Notes: generated from the letters alone by a model not told the origin. A DNA stretch of 60,316 nt from an uncultured virus (IMG/VR IMGVR_UViG_3300043438_001900) (IMGVR_UViG_3300043438_001900); one strand, 5' to 3'. Shown: positions 18,853 to 28,795, counted from the first letter of the stretch. Program-made: numbers and translations.

Positions 18853-19690
18853 ATGATAATAATGAATAATATTCTTTAAAGTGTTTAATTCTATCGGCTA
18901 ATCCGATTGTTCCACCATTTACTCTTTTTGTAATTTGAGTTACAACTTGGTCACTTGAACCTGTGTCTGCAATTTTGTGTAAACCATTCTTACTGAAGAA
19001 CCATGCGGCAGATAACAACGCATAATTAGATGCGACCTTATCAGGGTTTGAACAAATGTCTTCATTAATTGATTTACCAAATGCGGTATAGTTTTCTTTA
19101 CCTGTCAATTGGATGTATCCACGACCACGAAATTTAAAACCTTCTTTTGTTGCTTCCGCACCGTTACCCATTCTACCACCATAGACTCTTGACGCAATTG
19201 CTTCAGGTTTTCTTTGGTATTGATTGGCAAGTGCTTCTGTTGGGAAATACTTTTTAAAGATACCCATTAGACCTTTTGCTGAGTAATTCAAGTTTTCTTG
19301 AGTTGCCTTAAATCCACCACTTTCGTGACCACATTGAGCCAAGAAATGTGCAAGTCTTAATGGTGTGTTAATTCCAAATTTTGCCGCAGTATCGGGAATC
19401 ATCGCGATAACCGCTTCGGGAATGTGACCTCTTAATTTCTCTAATTTAAGACCTGTACCATTAGGTACCGGTGCTGGTTCAGTGATTACACCTACAGGTG
19501 TGGTACTTTCCCCGAACATTTTTGCCCAAGTTCCATCCCCAACAAGACCGTCAGGTGTTAAATCATGTTCTATTTGCCATTTTTTTACTTCTTTTTCTGT
19601 ACCGGGACCGAACACACCGTCAGCACCCAATCCCAATTTTGATTGGAGTTTTTTTACATCATCTCCTCTTGAACCTACTTTTAATAACAT
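18851..19690 (-). CDS. endolysin: PG-binding domain + GH19 lysozyme/chitinase
   Basis: GSRGDDVKKLQ..DG.FG..T..DG.VG..T; FLAQC.HESGGF, ENLNYS, FRGRGYIQLTG, VNGG..GL.DR. Confidence 0.92.
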   Translation of the reverse strand: MLLKVGSRGDDVKKLQSKLGLGADGVFGPGTEKEVKKWQIEHDLTPDGLVGDGTWAKMFGESTTPVGVITEPAPVPNGTGLKLEKLRGHIPEAVIAMIPDTAAKFGINTPLRLAHFLAQCGHESGGFKATQENLNYSAKGLMGIFKKYFPTEALANQYQRKPEAIASRVYGGRMGNGAEATKEGFKFRGRGYIQLTGKENYTAFGKSINEDICSNPDKVASNYALLSAAWFFSKNGLHKIADTGSSDQVVTQITKRVNGGTIGLADRIKHFKEYYSLLS

Positions 19691-19805
19691 AGTTTTAGTT
19701 TTATCTGTTTTATTTAACTATAAATACTATAAAAATATTTAAACATTTTTTGGAATATTCGAAAATAGTATTATCTTTGTTTCATCAATAACTAAAATTT
19801 ACATT

Positions 19806-20351
19806 ATGAAACGTTTAATTTTAATCTTGCTATTAGTCCCTTCATTAGGGTTTTCACAGACTGTAGTTAACAATGACTCATTGTTATATCATTTTAAACA
19901 TATCTTAAATAACTATCGTAAATCCTACGGATTGAACCCTCTTGAGGTCGATGGAGTAATGAAATCATTTACCGATAAATGGTCAAAACAAATGTCATTA
20001 ACCAATTTGGTTGGTCACGGTAGTGGGGATAATTCATTTCAAAAAAGAATTGAAACGTGTGGTTGTTTCCCACCCGCAACGTTTTGTCTTGAAAACTGTA
20101 CTGAGATTTACACACCGGACGTAAATACAAATGACCCAGTTTCATGTCCGGTTAAAAACATCGAACCGTACATTAAAAAGACGTTTTCGGGTAATATCAC
20201 CCAATATGAGTTGGCATATTTTGCATTTTTAAACTTTAAAAATTCACCACCACACAACGCGGGAATGTTAAATAAGGATACCAAATATTTCTATATTTCG
20301 GGCAGTAGAAAGAATGGGTCAACATTTATTGCATATATTGGGAGGAGTTAA
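19806..20351 (+). CDS. secreted CAP/SCP-domain protein
   Basis: Signal peptide, LNNYR...GL.PL, M.....H, EN, SPPHN..ML. Confidence 0.8.
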   Translation: MKRLILILLLVPSLGFSQTVVNNDSLLYHFKHILNNYRKSYGLNPLEVDGVMKSFTDKWSKQMSLTNLVGHGSGDNSFQKRIETCGCFPPATFCLENCTEIYTPDVNTNDPVSCPVKNIEPYIKKTFSGNITQYELAYFAFLNFKNSPPHNAGMLNKDTKYFYISGSRKNGSTFIAYIGRS

Positions 20352-20369
20352 TCTATTTATAAACGTAAT

Positions 20370-20915
20370 ATGAAGTTAAAGGTAGTCTTATTTGTTTTTA
20401 TGGTGGTATCGATTACATCATACGGTCAAACTGTTGTTAATAACGACTCTGTATTATATTACTTCAAAACAATACTAAATGATTATAGAATGGTTAATGG
20501 TTTAAAACCTTTGACCATTGATAAGAAAATAAAACCGTTTACAAAATCATGGGCCGAACACATGTCATCAGTGAATAAAGTTTATCACGGTATTGACAGT
20601 ACTGGTTTTTCTTTTAGGGCTCAAAAATATTTCGGTAGTGACACTTATTGTGTTGAGACATGTTGTACTATAACCACACCGAAAGTTTTAAGTGATGGAT
20701 ATATTACCTGTCCGATAAGGGAATTAATCCCATTATTAAGAAAATCATATGATGGGACCGCAACCCAAGAAGACTTTGCTTATTTTACATTTATTCTTTG
20801 GAGAACATCTCCAGACCATAATGAGGCATTACTTGACCCGAACATTAAAAAATTCTATTTAAGTTCATCCCCATCAAAAGATGTCACATATATGGAATTT
20901 GTTGGGACAAATTAA
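20370..20915 (+). CDS. secreted CAP/SCP-domain protein (tandem paralog)
   Basis: QTVVNNDS shared with previous gene; LNDYR..GL.PL, W..SP.HN..LL. Confidence 0.8.
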   Translation: MKLKVVLFVFMVVSITSYGQTVVNNDSVLYYFKTILNDYRMVNGLKPLTIDKKIKPFTKSWAEHMSSVNKVYHGIDSTGFSFRAQKYFGSDTYCVETCCTITTPKVLSDGYITCPIRELIPLLRKSYDGTATQEDFAYFTFILWRTSPDHNEALLDPNIKKFYLSSSPSKDVTYMEFVGTN

Positions 20916-20949
20916 TCAAATAAAGATATTTATAGTTTAAAGAAAAGTT

Positions 20950-21408
20950 ATGGCTAAGTTTATATTCACAGAATCACAAATGAAAATAATAAAAACTCAG
21001 TTAAATGAGAGTAGAGAAGATACATACGATGTTGGTAAATGTGACATTAATCTTTATTATGGTGAATTAACATATAAAGGACACGAGATTAACGACATCA
21101 GTGCTCCTGAAATTAGTTTTACATTTTATATTGATATGGATATTAAGAGTTATGGTATAAGAGGTATTTCTCTTTATAATCCTGAAGGTCCTTCTGAAAT
21201 TGAGTTGGAGGTTTCTTATTATACCGGTGAAGACGATGATGAGAGTGAAGACATAGTAACAATACCATTAGATTGGGAAAATGTTAACGAAGATGATGGC
21301 GATAATGGGTGGATAGGTTATGAAAACCGAATCGAGATTAGATTAAAAAATGATGAAAGTGGTAATATTGTTGTTGATTCGATGACCCTTTTCAAAAATA
21401 GTTTTTAA
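20950..21408 (+). CDS. acidic putative virion protein
   Basis: FIFTESQM motif; TATTTATA upstream. Confidence 0.6.
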   Translation: MAKFIFTESQMKIIKTQLNESREDTYDVGKCDINLYYGELTYKGHEINDISAPEISFTFYIDMDIKSYGIRGISLYNPEGPSEIELEVSYYTGEDDDESEDIVTIPLDWENVNEDDGDNGWIGYENRIEIRLKNDESGNIVVDSMTLFKNSF

Positions 21409-21469
21409 TACTTTACAGATTGTAAGGTTTTCACTTTACACTTTGTAAAATTTCCTTATACTTATTATT

Positions 21470-21543
21470 AGACCTTGTGGTTGAATCGGAAGTGTCCCTG
21501 AGACATTTGAGTTGGAATTGATACCAACGAATTCGGGTTCAAA
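21470..21543 (+). ncRNA. structured 5' leader (three-way junction)
   Basis: Hairpins AGTGTC/GACATT and GTTGG/CCAAC enclosed by TTGAATCGGAA/TTCGGGTTCAA. Confidence 0.5.
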
Positions 21544-21562
21544 TACAAAAAAATATAAGGAA

Positions 21563-22402
21563 ATGAATTACACAACCTCAAATAGGTATGTTGTACCTCA
21601 ATCGTTTGTTACTAAGAGTAAACAAAGATTAAAACAGCACATTGACACCGTTTATCTTAACAACGGTGATGAGTTCGAAATCGAACTTTACAACCCAACA
21701 TCAAATAAAGTTTTAGCTAAGATTGAACTGAATGGTAAATCCATCGGTAATGGTATTATACTTCGTCCTGGTGAGCGAGTATTCCTCGAAAGGTATATGG
21801 ACGAGGCAAAGAAGTTTTTGTTCGAGACATACGTTGTAAATGGGAATAATCAAGAAGTTAAAGATGCAATTGCCAACAATGGTGATGTGGTGGTTAAATT
21901 TTATGATGAAACCACATTTTTTAACTCAGGAACAAGTACATCAACAGTTGGTCTGTCTTACCCATGGTGGACTACAACGGGTACCTCATTAAATTACCCA
22001 CCGGGTGTTAGAACCTTTACCACGAGTAATCCTAATACATACTTTACAAATAGTTCAGGTATTAGCGGTGTATCCAATGGAACCATTACAACATCAAACT
22101 ATAGTTATACGACTAACTCAATTGTTAATGATTCTAATGTGAATTACACTAAATCAAAAACGAGTGAAGTTAGACACGTTGAAACAGGTAGAGTTGAAAA
22201 AGGTTCTAATTCTGACCAATCATTTACATATGATAATACAAGTTTCAACTCGTATCCGTGTAAAACCAATTGGTGGAAATTAAAACCATTAAGTACAAAA
22301 GTTCTTGTTAAAGAGGACTTGGTTGTCTATTGTTCCGAATGTGGTTCAAAGAGAAAAAAAGACAACCATAAATTTTGTCCACAGTGCGGAACAAAATTCT
22401 AA
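21563..22402 (+). CDS. hypothetical protein with C-terminal zinc ribbon
   Basis: ATG 21563 preferred over TTG 21512; YCSECG...FCPQCG; Ser/Thr-rich linker. Confidence 0.75.
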   Translation: MNYTTSNRYVVPQSFVTKSKQRLKQHIDTVYLNNGDEFEIELYNPTSNKVLAKIELNGKSIGNGIILRPGERVFLERYMDEAKKFLFETYVVNGNNQEVKDAIANNGDVVVKFYDETTFFNSGTSTSTVGLSYPWWTTTGTSLNYPPGVRTFTTSNPNTYFTNSSGISGVSNGTITTSNYSYTTNSIVNDSNVNYTKSKTSEVRHVETGRVEKGSNSDQSFTYDNTSFNSYPCKTNWWKLKPLSTKVLVKEDLVVYCSECGSKRKKDNHKFCPQCGTKF

Positions 22403-22453
22403 AATAAACTAATCACAAGGTCTTTAAGGGGGGTTACATTTTGTAACCCTTTT

Positions 22454-22747
22454 TTATTTAAAAGAAATTGGAATTGTTTTAATATCTGATATACGAACAT
22501 TTTTAAGTGCCAATGTTCCATGGGCGATTGGTGCAAACACACCTTGTTGATGTAGAAATTGAAAATAATAATAAAGGTAACCCGGGTCAACTCTATCTTT
22601 AAATTCATCCATTATTTTAACACCAATGTTTTCTTCGTAGAAATCTTTGGTTGGTGTTCCTACAGTTTTTTCAGAACCTTTACGTTGTAACCAAAAATCC
22701 GCATCGGGGAAGTTGGTTTTAAAAATACAAATATCTCCTATAGTCAT
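22454..22747 (-). CDS. stand-alone HsdS target-recognition-domain-like protein
   Basis: M.IGDIC, YLYYYF, GT...NV...DIK.I.I resemble a type I R-M S-subunit TRD. Confidence 0.55.
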   Translation of the reverse strand: MTIGDICIFKTNFPDADFWLQRKGSEKTVGTPTKDFYEENIGVKIMDEFKDRVDPGYLYYYFQFLHQQGVFAPIAHGTLALKNVRISDIKTIPISFK

Positions 22748-22750
22748 AAT

Positions 22751-24307
22751 TTAATTTATTTCGCTTAATCTATCATTTAGGTGTGAGTTAAAATCTTCAT
22801 CGTCAATATCTGGTGACCACCTGTCATCTAAACTAAATTTTGGTTTATCATAATAACTTCCCAACATTTCATCGAATGCACAACTTGCACTTTCATCACA
22901 TCTTTCCATTATTTCGTCAACCTCTTCTTCACCTAACCCCATATCACTAATCACCTTATTTAAATCAATACGAATTGTTACCCCCTCGTCATTTAATTTA
23001 GTAACATCCCCGTATTCTTCTAAAGTACTACGTAGTTCCTTCATCGCATAATCGTAATATGAACTATTCGCCGAATCAGAATATGCGGAACCTAATGAAT
23101 TTTTAATTTCATAATCATTATCATACTCATCTATTAGAGACTCCAATGATTCCTCAGGGTCGTAATCCTCACCCGCTCTTTGTTGGATTATGTTACGTAT
23201 GGTCTGTGAGTTTTCTTCGTTTGTGTAATACTCCAATGCACCTTTCCAATCGTCGTGGTAACCTTCCATTAAATCCCATATATCTCCCGATAATAGAGTT
23301 TCAATATACGATGTTTTACCAGTGTTACCATTCTTATCTTTCCACTGTCTAACCGTCCAATCACCATCAACGTAGTTACCAACATAGGTTGGTTCGATAT
23401 CTAAATCAAAAACCATATCAATTTCTTGATACTGACTTGAATCTAAAATACCCATCTTAACTAATTGTCTTTTTAGTTGTCTCGTGTTAAACAATTCGGG
23501 ACGCGAATCATAAACTTTTTTAATATCTGACTCAGGTAAATCTGTTATTTTAAAATCGGTTGAACTTTGATATTCGGAACCAAATCCTTGTATTGTTTCT
23601 TTATTGATAATTAAATCAACAATATATGGGTGAAACTCCTCTTTTGGTTTGGAGTTTTTTGTTCCCTTCATTTGGTAAATAATACCATCACTACTCCCCA
23701 CCGCAGCAGTCAGGTGACTTTTATTGATTGTATATTGTTCGTTGATTCTTTTGGTTTCCCTTAATGAGTAAATTGTGTTATCTGAACTTGTTCTACCGCA
23801 ATGACCCATTCTATTACATTCCTCATCAGAATTATTTGTTTCGAGGTCAGACCAATAAAACCCAATACCGTCTTTTCTATAGTCACGAAGAATTGTATTT
23901 TCCTCAATATAATTAATCGCCCCCGACCCCGTATCTAACGATTCGTGCCACTCTCTTGATTTTTTATATAAATTACCAAAACCAACATTTTTATATTCAT
24001 TAACGTTACCGTTTAGTCCAACACGAATCCAATCCATAATGGATACAATTTCACTTCTTCTTCCTCGTACACCCGAACCTTTATTGAAAACACCAATCGC
24101 CTCTTGTTTTGTGATGGGCTCTTCTTGCTCCATTGAACGAATTAGAACTGTATATTCAATTAATTTGTTACCTAACCATACAGATAGGGCACCCGATAAT
24201 TTAGATAATAAATCGGCATTATCCTCACTGAAACCAAGTTTTTGGATAAGAACATCCTTCTTACTTGCCTCAATTATTAATTCTTCTATTAGGTTTATAA
24301 TCTTCAT
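22751..24307 (-). CDS. large acidic protein (PcfJ-like motif)
   Basis: WH...E...MGHCG...IYSLR...QMKG..NSKP. Confidence 0.55.
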   Translation of the reverse strand: MKIINLIEELIIEASKKDVLIQKLGFSEDNADLLSKLSGALSVWLGNKLIEYTVLIRSMEQEEPITKQEAIGVFNKGSGVRGRRSEIVSIMDWIRVGLNGNVNEYKNVGFGNLYKKSREWHESLDTGSGAINYIEENTILRDYRKDGIGFYWSDLETNNSDEECNRMGHCGRTSSDNTIYSLRETKRINEQYTINKSHLTAAVGSSDGIIYQMKGTKNSKPKEEFHPYIVDLIINKETIQGFGSEYQSSTDFKITDLPESDIKKVYDSRPELFNTRQLKRQLVKMGILDSSQYQEIDMVFDLDIEPTYVGNYVDGDWTVRQWKDKNGNTGKTSYIETLLSGDIWDLMEGYHDDWKGALEYYTNEENSQTIRNIIQQRAGEDYDPEESLESLIDEYDNDYEIKNSLGSAYSDSANSSYYDYAMKELRSTLEEYGDVTKLNDEGVTIRIDLNKVISDMGLGEEEVDEIMERCDESASCAFDEMLGSYYDKPKFSLDDRWSPDIDDEDFNSHLNDRLSEIN

Positions 24308-26124
24308 TATAATAAATTCTTGATGTTTTTTACATTCTCGAACAATTTATAATTGGTCGCATATGTTGCGAGATTTTCAATTTTAACCGGTCCACTTTCA
24401 CGAGTACCTTTCTTTTTATCACCCAGCACGATGACGATAGACCCCTTCTCACAATCAATTTTCATTGAGGGTAAAAAAATATCAAACTCCTCGTTTTCAA
24501 TTCTATCGGAACCTTTGAATACTTTCTGTACAACATCATTTAAAATTTTACGATATTCAGCACACGTCTTCACACCTTCAAAGTCATTGAATACTTTTTC
24601 AAAATAATCCTCAATGGGTTTTTGTAAATCTTCATATGTCACCTCATCGGTTTGGTGGTCCCAAATACCCTCATAATCGTTATCAATATTGTAGTAACTT
24701 GCATAACCATCCAAAACATCAATCATATAATTTTCTTTTCCGTCGATGATTGTGTAATCTTTTTTTACTAGATATAGTAAAAAATAAGGTATTTTAACTT
24801 TTACAAGATTCTCTTTGGTGTAACTATCAAAGTCCATGTATTTTACAATATCATCAACTTGAGCCTGTGCTGCGTTCTCAAGGTGTATAGTATTTTTATT
24901 TACATAATCACTGGAATACCATTCCCAAATATCATCATCTTGAGTGAAATTATCATAGTGGTCCATTTTAAATTGTTCGTAATCCGAATACCCGTATAAT
25001 GTCTTTAATTCTTCACCATTTCTTTTATAATATTCCTCCAAATAGTTAGCCAACACATCTTTTATGTAATCACTATCTTCATTGTACATTCTATCCCACA
25101 AGACTTCACTCCCATTATTAGCCTCACCCTCATAATAACTCAATGTATCTCGAGTGGTATTTAAACTTCCGCCATATGAGGTTATAAATTCAACATTTAA
25201 CCACTCACCTTCAATTTCCAACGATGCCAAATCATCATCCGTTATAATCTTTTCTAATGCATCAATATCTTTATTGATTAATGCGGCGATTATTGGGTTG
25301 TTTTTTGCTGATGTGGAAACCAATTTATTTACCAATATCGTAGTATCGTCATCATCAAGGGCATTTAACCTTTCGATTTGAGTTTTTAGTGTACTCTCAT
25401 CTACATCATCACCAATAAGTGACGGGAAAAAGAAGTGTTTCACCTCCTCATTCTTATTTAAAAATTCTTGTATGTTGATTCTCGCATCTTCTTTATCCAT
25501 ATATTGTTTGGATTGAAAGTGGAGTTGATATTTTTCATTAATATCTGAGTTCTTTATTAAAATATAAAGATGCCCCTGTGAGTGATATCTTGAATATAAA
25601 CTACCTCTATCCTGATGTTTTGGGTTTAAAGATTGTGGACCCCAAGTTGTACACCATTCAGTGTTTACTCCTAAGTAACAAGATGCCTTCTCCGTGAATG
25701 GTACAAAAATCGTCCATAACTCACTTTGAAAGACCTTCCTATACTCTTTCTCATCTAATGCGGAGATAATCGAACCAAGGTCTCTTGTGTCCTTCGCATA
25801 GTATCCTTTTACTACGTCATATAAATCATTTAATGATTTAATCTTATTTGAATCGAGTGAGACACTATGTTTGTAAACATAATCCAAATATTCCTTTGCT
25901 CTTGGTAAATCCTCAAGTTTTAATGTTTTCTTTCTATATAAGTTAATCAACAATTTGGCAAACTTACCAATTCGTTGAATACCATTTTCGTTTGATTTAC
26001 TTTGAGGGTCAGACATAACAACTTGATTGAACTCTTCTCTTGGAATGTCCTTATAGTATGAGTTATAAATCTCATCGGGAGTCGCCTCCAATAGTAATGA
26101 TTCAAATAAATCCTCTAATCTCAT
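24307..26124 (-). CDS. large acidic protein (WCTT-motif family)
   Basis: ASC.LG..TEWCTT, LYILI...KYQLHF. Confidence 0.65.
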   Translation of the reverse strand: MRLEDLFESLLLEATPDEIYNSYYKDIPREEFNQVVMSDPQSKSNENGIQRIGKFAKLLINLYRKKTLKLEDLPRAKEYLDYVYKHSVSLDSNKIKSLNDLYDVVKGYYAKDTRDLGSIISALDEKEYRKVFQSELWTIFVPFTEKASCYLGVNTEWCTTWGPQSLNPKHQDRGSLYSRYHSQGHLYILIKNSDINEKYQLHFQSKQYMDKEDARINIQEFLNKNEEVKHFFFPSLIGDDVDESTLKTQIERLNALDDDDTTILVNKLVSTSAKNNPIIAALINKDIDALEKIITDDDLASLEIEGEWLNVEFITSYGGSLNTTRDTLSYYEGEANNGSEVLWDRMYNEDSDYIKDVLANYLEEYYKRNGEELKTLYGYSDYEQFKMDHYDNFTQDDDIWEWYSSDYVNKNTIHLENAAQAQVDDIVKYMDFDSYTKENLVKVKIPYFLLYLVKKDYTIIDGKENYMIDVLDGYASYYNIDNDYEGIWDHQTDEVTYEDLQKPIEDYFEKVFNDFEGVKTCAEYRKILNDVVQKVFKGSDRIENEEFDIFLPSMKIDCEKGSIVIVLGDKKKGTRESGPVKIENLATYATNYKLFENVKNIKNLL

Positions 26125-27443
26125 TATTGTGTTTTAATTGTTTTACTAAACGGTGGTATTGGTGTTAATTCAAATCTTCTATTTGGTGCGGTATCTTCCA
26201 CCTTGGTTGGGGCTTGTGCTGTCCACCCTGGCCCAAACTTAGTTGTTTCACCCGCACCATAGAAACCAAAACTAAGTCCTGTTCCCGTTAATTTTTCATT
26301 TATAATATCTGCAATTCGTTTTGCTCTTGCCTCAGATAAACATTTATTATATTCACCTCTTGTTGCCACTGATTTACACGGAGCATATTTCCCCGTTATT
26401 TTTTGTTCTGAATTGGCATCAATACTTGCGTAACCTACAATTTTAGGTGACGACTTCATAATGTGGTCCGTAAGTGGTTTACCGTGTTGATTAGCATTTG
26501 TTTTCATTTTATTCACAAACCCATCAATTTGACCCATTGATTTTCCTTCATCAATAAAGTTAGTCTCATCAAATTTAAAAACGTCAACTAATGAGAATTC
26601 AACTTTAATTACGGTCTCACTTGGAGTTTTACCCGTTGTTGTTGCGGTTCTTGGTACATCTCCCCCAATTTTCATATTGGGGTTACTATTGAAAACAAAT
26701 TTCTGTAATTCTAAAAATAAACCTCCCGATTGTAGATACGCATAAACATCATTGTTCACTTTCATTGGTAACCTATTATACTTAAAATATGTACCTAATG
26801 GGTATTCATCACCCGCGGCAACTGACTCTTTAGATGTGGCCCTATCAGGTTTACCCGTAAAACCCAATATAAAACGTCCACCATTCTGACGGTCAGTTTT
26901 AATGGTAACATCAACCATACCCTTTTCTATTTCCAACAAGTATCTTGGGTTTTTTTCAAAAAACATCGCCACTTTAGGGTCCTCTTTTAATATGTCAGCG
27001 GCGAACGCCGTTGAGACTGCCCCAACTTTGAACATTCCGTCAAAATCTCCAACATAATAGTATTCTTTTGTTTCCTCAAGAGGTACCTCACCCTCAACCA
27101 CTTTACCATTTTCAGTACCTTTAATAACAACAGAGTATGAGTCATTTGGACCTTGTTCCACTCGAATTGTAAGTAAGTTTAATAGTTCAGTCTGTTTGTT
27201 TGGAAGAATTTCCATATTCATTCTCTCCTCGATATATCTTATCACATCGGCATCAGAAATAAAATCAGGTTGTTCGTTAATAACTTTACTAACCAATTTA
27301 ACTAAATCCGATTCGGTTAATTTAACCATTTTTTGTTTGGTCGTTGGTGGGGACACCGTTCTATCTGAGGATGTTGGTTGCTCAAGTATATTTTGAACCA
27401 TATTCTTTAAATCATTCTCAGTAAGTTTTATAATTTTCGCCAT
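26124..27443 (-). CDS. putative virion protein with OmpA-C-like peptidoglycan-binding domain
   Basis: F.FD..., GYAS, YN..LSEARA..I, G.GET, NRRFE; two KLTE[NS]DL N-terminal motifs. Confidence 0.7.
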   Translation of the reverse strand: MAKIIKLTENDLKNMVQNILEQPTSSDRTVSPPTTKQKMVKLTESDLVKLVSKVINEQPDFISDADVIRYIEERMNMEILPNKQTELLNLLTIRVEQGPNDSYSVVIKGTENGKVVEGEVPLEETKEYYYVGDFDGMFKVGAVSTAFAADILKEDPKVAMFFEKNPRYLLEIEKGMVDVTIKTDRQNGGRFILGFTGKPDRATSKESVAAGDEYPLGTYFKYNRLPMKVNNDVYAYLQSGGLFLELQKFVFNSNPNMKIGGDVPRTATTTGKTPSETVIKVEFSLVDVFKFDETNFIDEGKSMGQIDGFVNKMKTNANQHGKPLTDHIMKSSPKIVGYASIDANSEQKITGKYAPCKSVATRGEYNKCLSEARAKRIADIINEKLTGTGLSFGFYGAGETTKFGPGWTAQAPTKVEDTAPNRRFELTPIPPFSKTIKTQ

Positions 27444-27519
27444 AATATTAAATGTTACCTATAAATATACCAAAATCCGTCTTTATGTTGTAGGAATAAC
27501 CTTGGGTTGTGTCTTTTAA

Positions 27520-27603
27520 ATTTTACCCAGTATTTATACTAGCACTAGATTCTAGCAATCTAGAAATAACTAGAAAAGCATCTAGTATTATACTGGGTAA
27601 AAT
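27520..27603. repeat. long inverted repeat enclosing six CTAG sites
   Basis: TTTTACCCAGTAT..ATACTAG / CTAGTAT..ATACTGGGTAAAA; CTAG at 27539, 27545, 27552, 27560, 27570, 27582. Confidence 0.8.
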
Positions 27604-27606
27604 CAT

Positions 27607-27876
27607 ATGAAAGTAATTGTTTCTGAAAAAACGTTAAGTAAGGTAATTGGTAAGTTAGTTACCGAAAACTATGAATCTGAGAAATTATACCACAGAGAGT
27701 CGTTGGTGAAGAAATTATTGGTTAAAAACCAAAAAGGTTTCTTTGTTGCTCCTAAAGAGATTAGGTCATTAATCGAAAGATTACCGTATATTGAATGTAC
27801 TGATTCCCAAGGTAACCCCCAAACTTGTACTAAAATACCCGAAGTACTCTACGTTTATTTAACCGGAAGATATTAA
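27607..27876 (+). CDS. hypothetical protein
   Basis: KVIVSEK N-terminal motif. Confidence 0.65.
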   Translation: MKVIVSEKTLSKVIGKLVTENYESEKLYHRESLVKKLLVKNQKGFFVAPKEIRSLIERLPYIECTDSQGNPQTCTKIPEVLYVYLTGRY

Positions 27877-27930
27877 TAAAAAAACCCTCATAAGAGGGTT
27901 TAATTTTTTATAAGGTATTCAAATTGGTTA

Positions 27931-28149
27931 TTAAAAGAATCTTTTAAAACTTGCTTTGATTTTTTCAACTGATTCGTTCACTAAATCATCAGTCTCATTT
28001 TCAATACCGTCTTCAGAATCGCATTCCTCACACACTTCCTCTTCGTTTTGTTCCATTTCAACTGATTCGTCAGTTTCTTGTGTAACGAATGAATGACGAC
28101 GTTCCATAATCATTTTCAATTGACTTTCTGTGATTTTAATTTTTTTCAT
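27931..28149 (-). CDS. small acidic putative virion protein
   Basis: KIKITESQL motif; TATTTATA upstream. Confidence 0.65.
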   Translation of the reverse strand: MKKIKITESQLKMIMERRHSFVTQETDESVEMEQNEEEVCEECDSEDGIENETDDLVNESVEKIKASFKRFF

Positions 28150-28194
28150 TTTTTCGGTTTCTATATAAATATCAAGTTATTGTAAAAGATTAAA

Positions 28195-28707
28195 TTACTT
28201 AAAGTAACCATCGATTCCAAATTTACGTACAAGTCTATTTCTTCTTTTACATGCTGGATTCTGTCTCGTACCTCCACGGAAGATTAATTTACCCAATTTT
28301 ACAATAATAATAATCGCAATTAAACCGGCAACAACTATAACCGCAACCGCAGGTACTGCCACTCCGGCAATTAAAATTGTCGCACCAACTTGTTCTTGAA
28401 CAACCGGTTGTTGTGTTATTGGTTGTTCAGGTTGTTTTTTAATTGATTTAACCTGTTTTAAGACCATAATAAGGTCATTAACATCCATTGTATCCAATTT
28501 AGATTTAATGTTGTTTACAACGTCCGCATACTCCGCTGGTGGTTCCTCAATTGGACACTCAGGTGATACTTCCATTTTCTCTTCGGGTGTTAATACGATT
28601 CCTGCCTGAGCCAACGCATTGTCAAATTGTTGTTCTTCTGTTGATTCGGTATAAAGTCCTCTGATACGGTTTCTTTCTTCTTCTGTTAATGTAAATTTTT
28701 GTCCCAT
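28195..28707 (-). CDS. TM-containing putative virion protein
   Basis: FTLTEEE motif; C-terminal TM; similar layout to 29882-30511. Confidence 0.6.
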   Translation of the reverse strand: MGQKFTLTEEERNRIRGLYTESTEEQQFDNALAQAGIVLTPEEKMEVSPECPIEEPPAEYADVVNNIKSKLDTMDVNDLIMVLKQVKSIKKQPEQPITQQPVVQEQVGATILIAGVAVPAVAVIVVAGLIAIIIIVKLGKLIFRGGTRQNPACKRRNRLVRKFGIDGYFK

Positions 28708-28732
28708 ATTAATGTTTATTATAAATATCATA

Positions 28733-28795
28733 AAAATGGGGATAGAAGTAGCGAATTCCTATCCCCGTGTCCGTGACTAGTCCCGGTCCTAAAGT
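28733..28795 (-). ncRNA. 3'-UTR element complementary to 23S rRNA H69-H70 region, ending in a terminator hairpin
   Basis: TTAGGACCG and hairpin-loop TTCGCTAC are complements of CGGUCCUAA and GUAGCGAA. Confidence 0.5.

Noticed and set aside
21485..21540. Hammerhead ribozyme in the leader
   Set aside because: Core CUGAnGA/GAAA not intact; kept only as a structured leader
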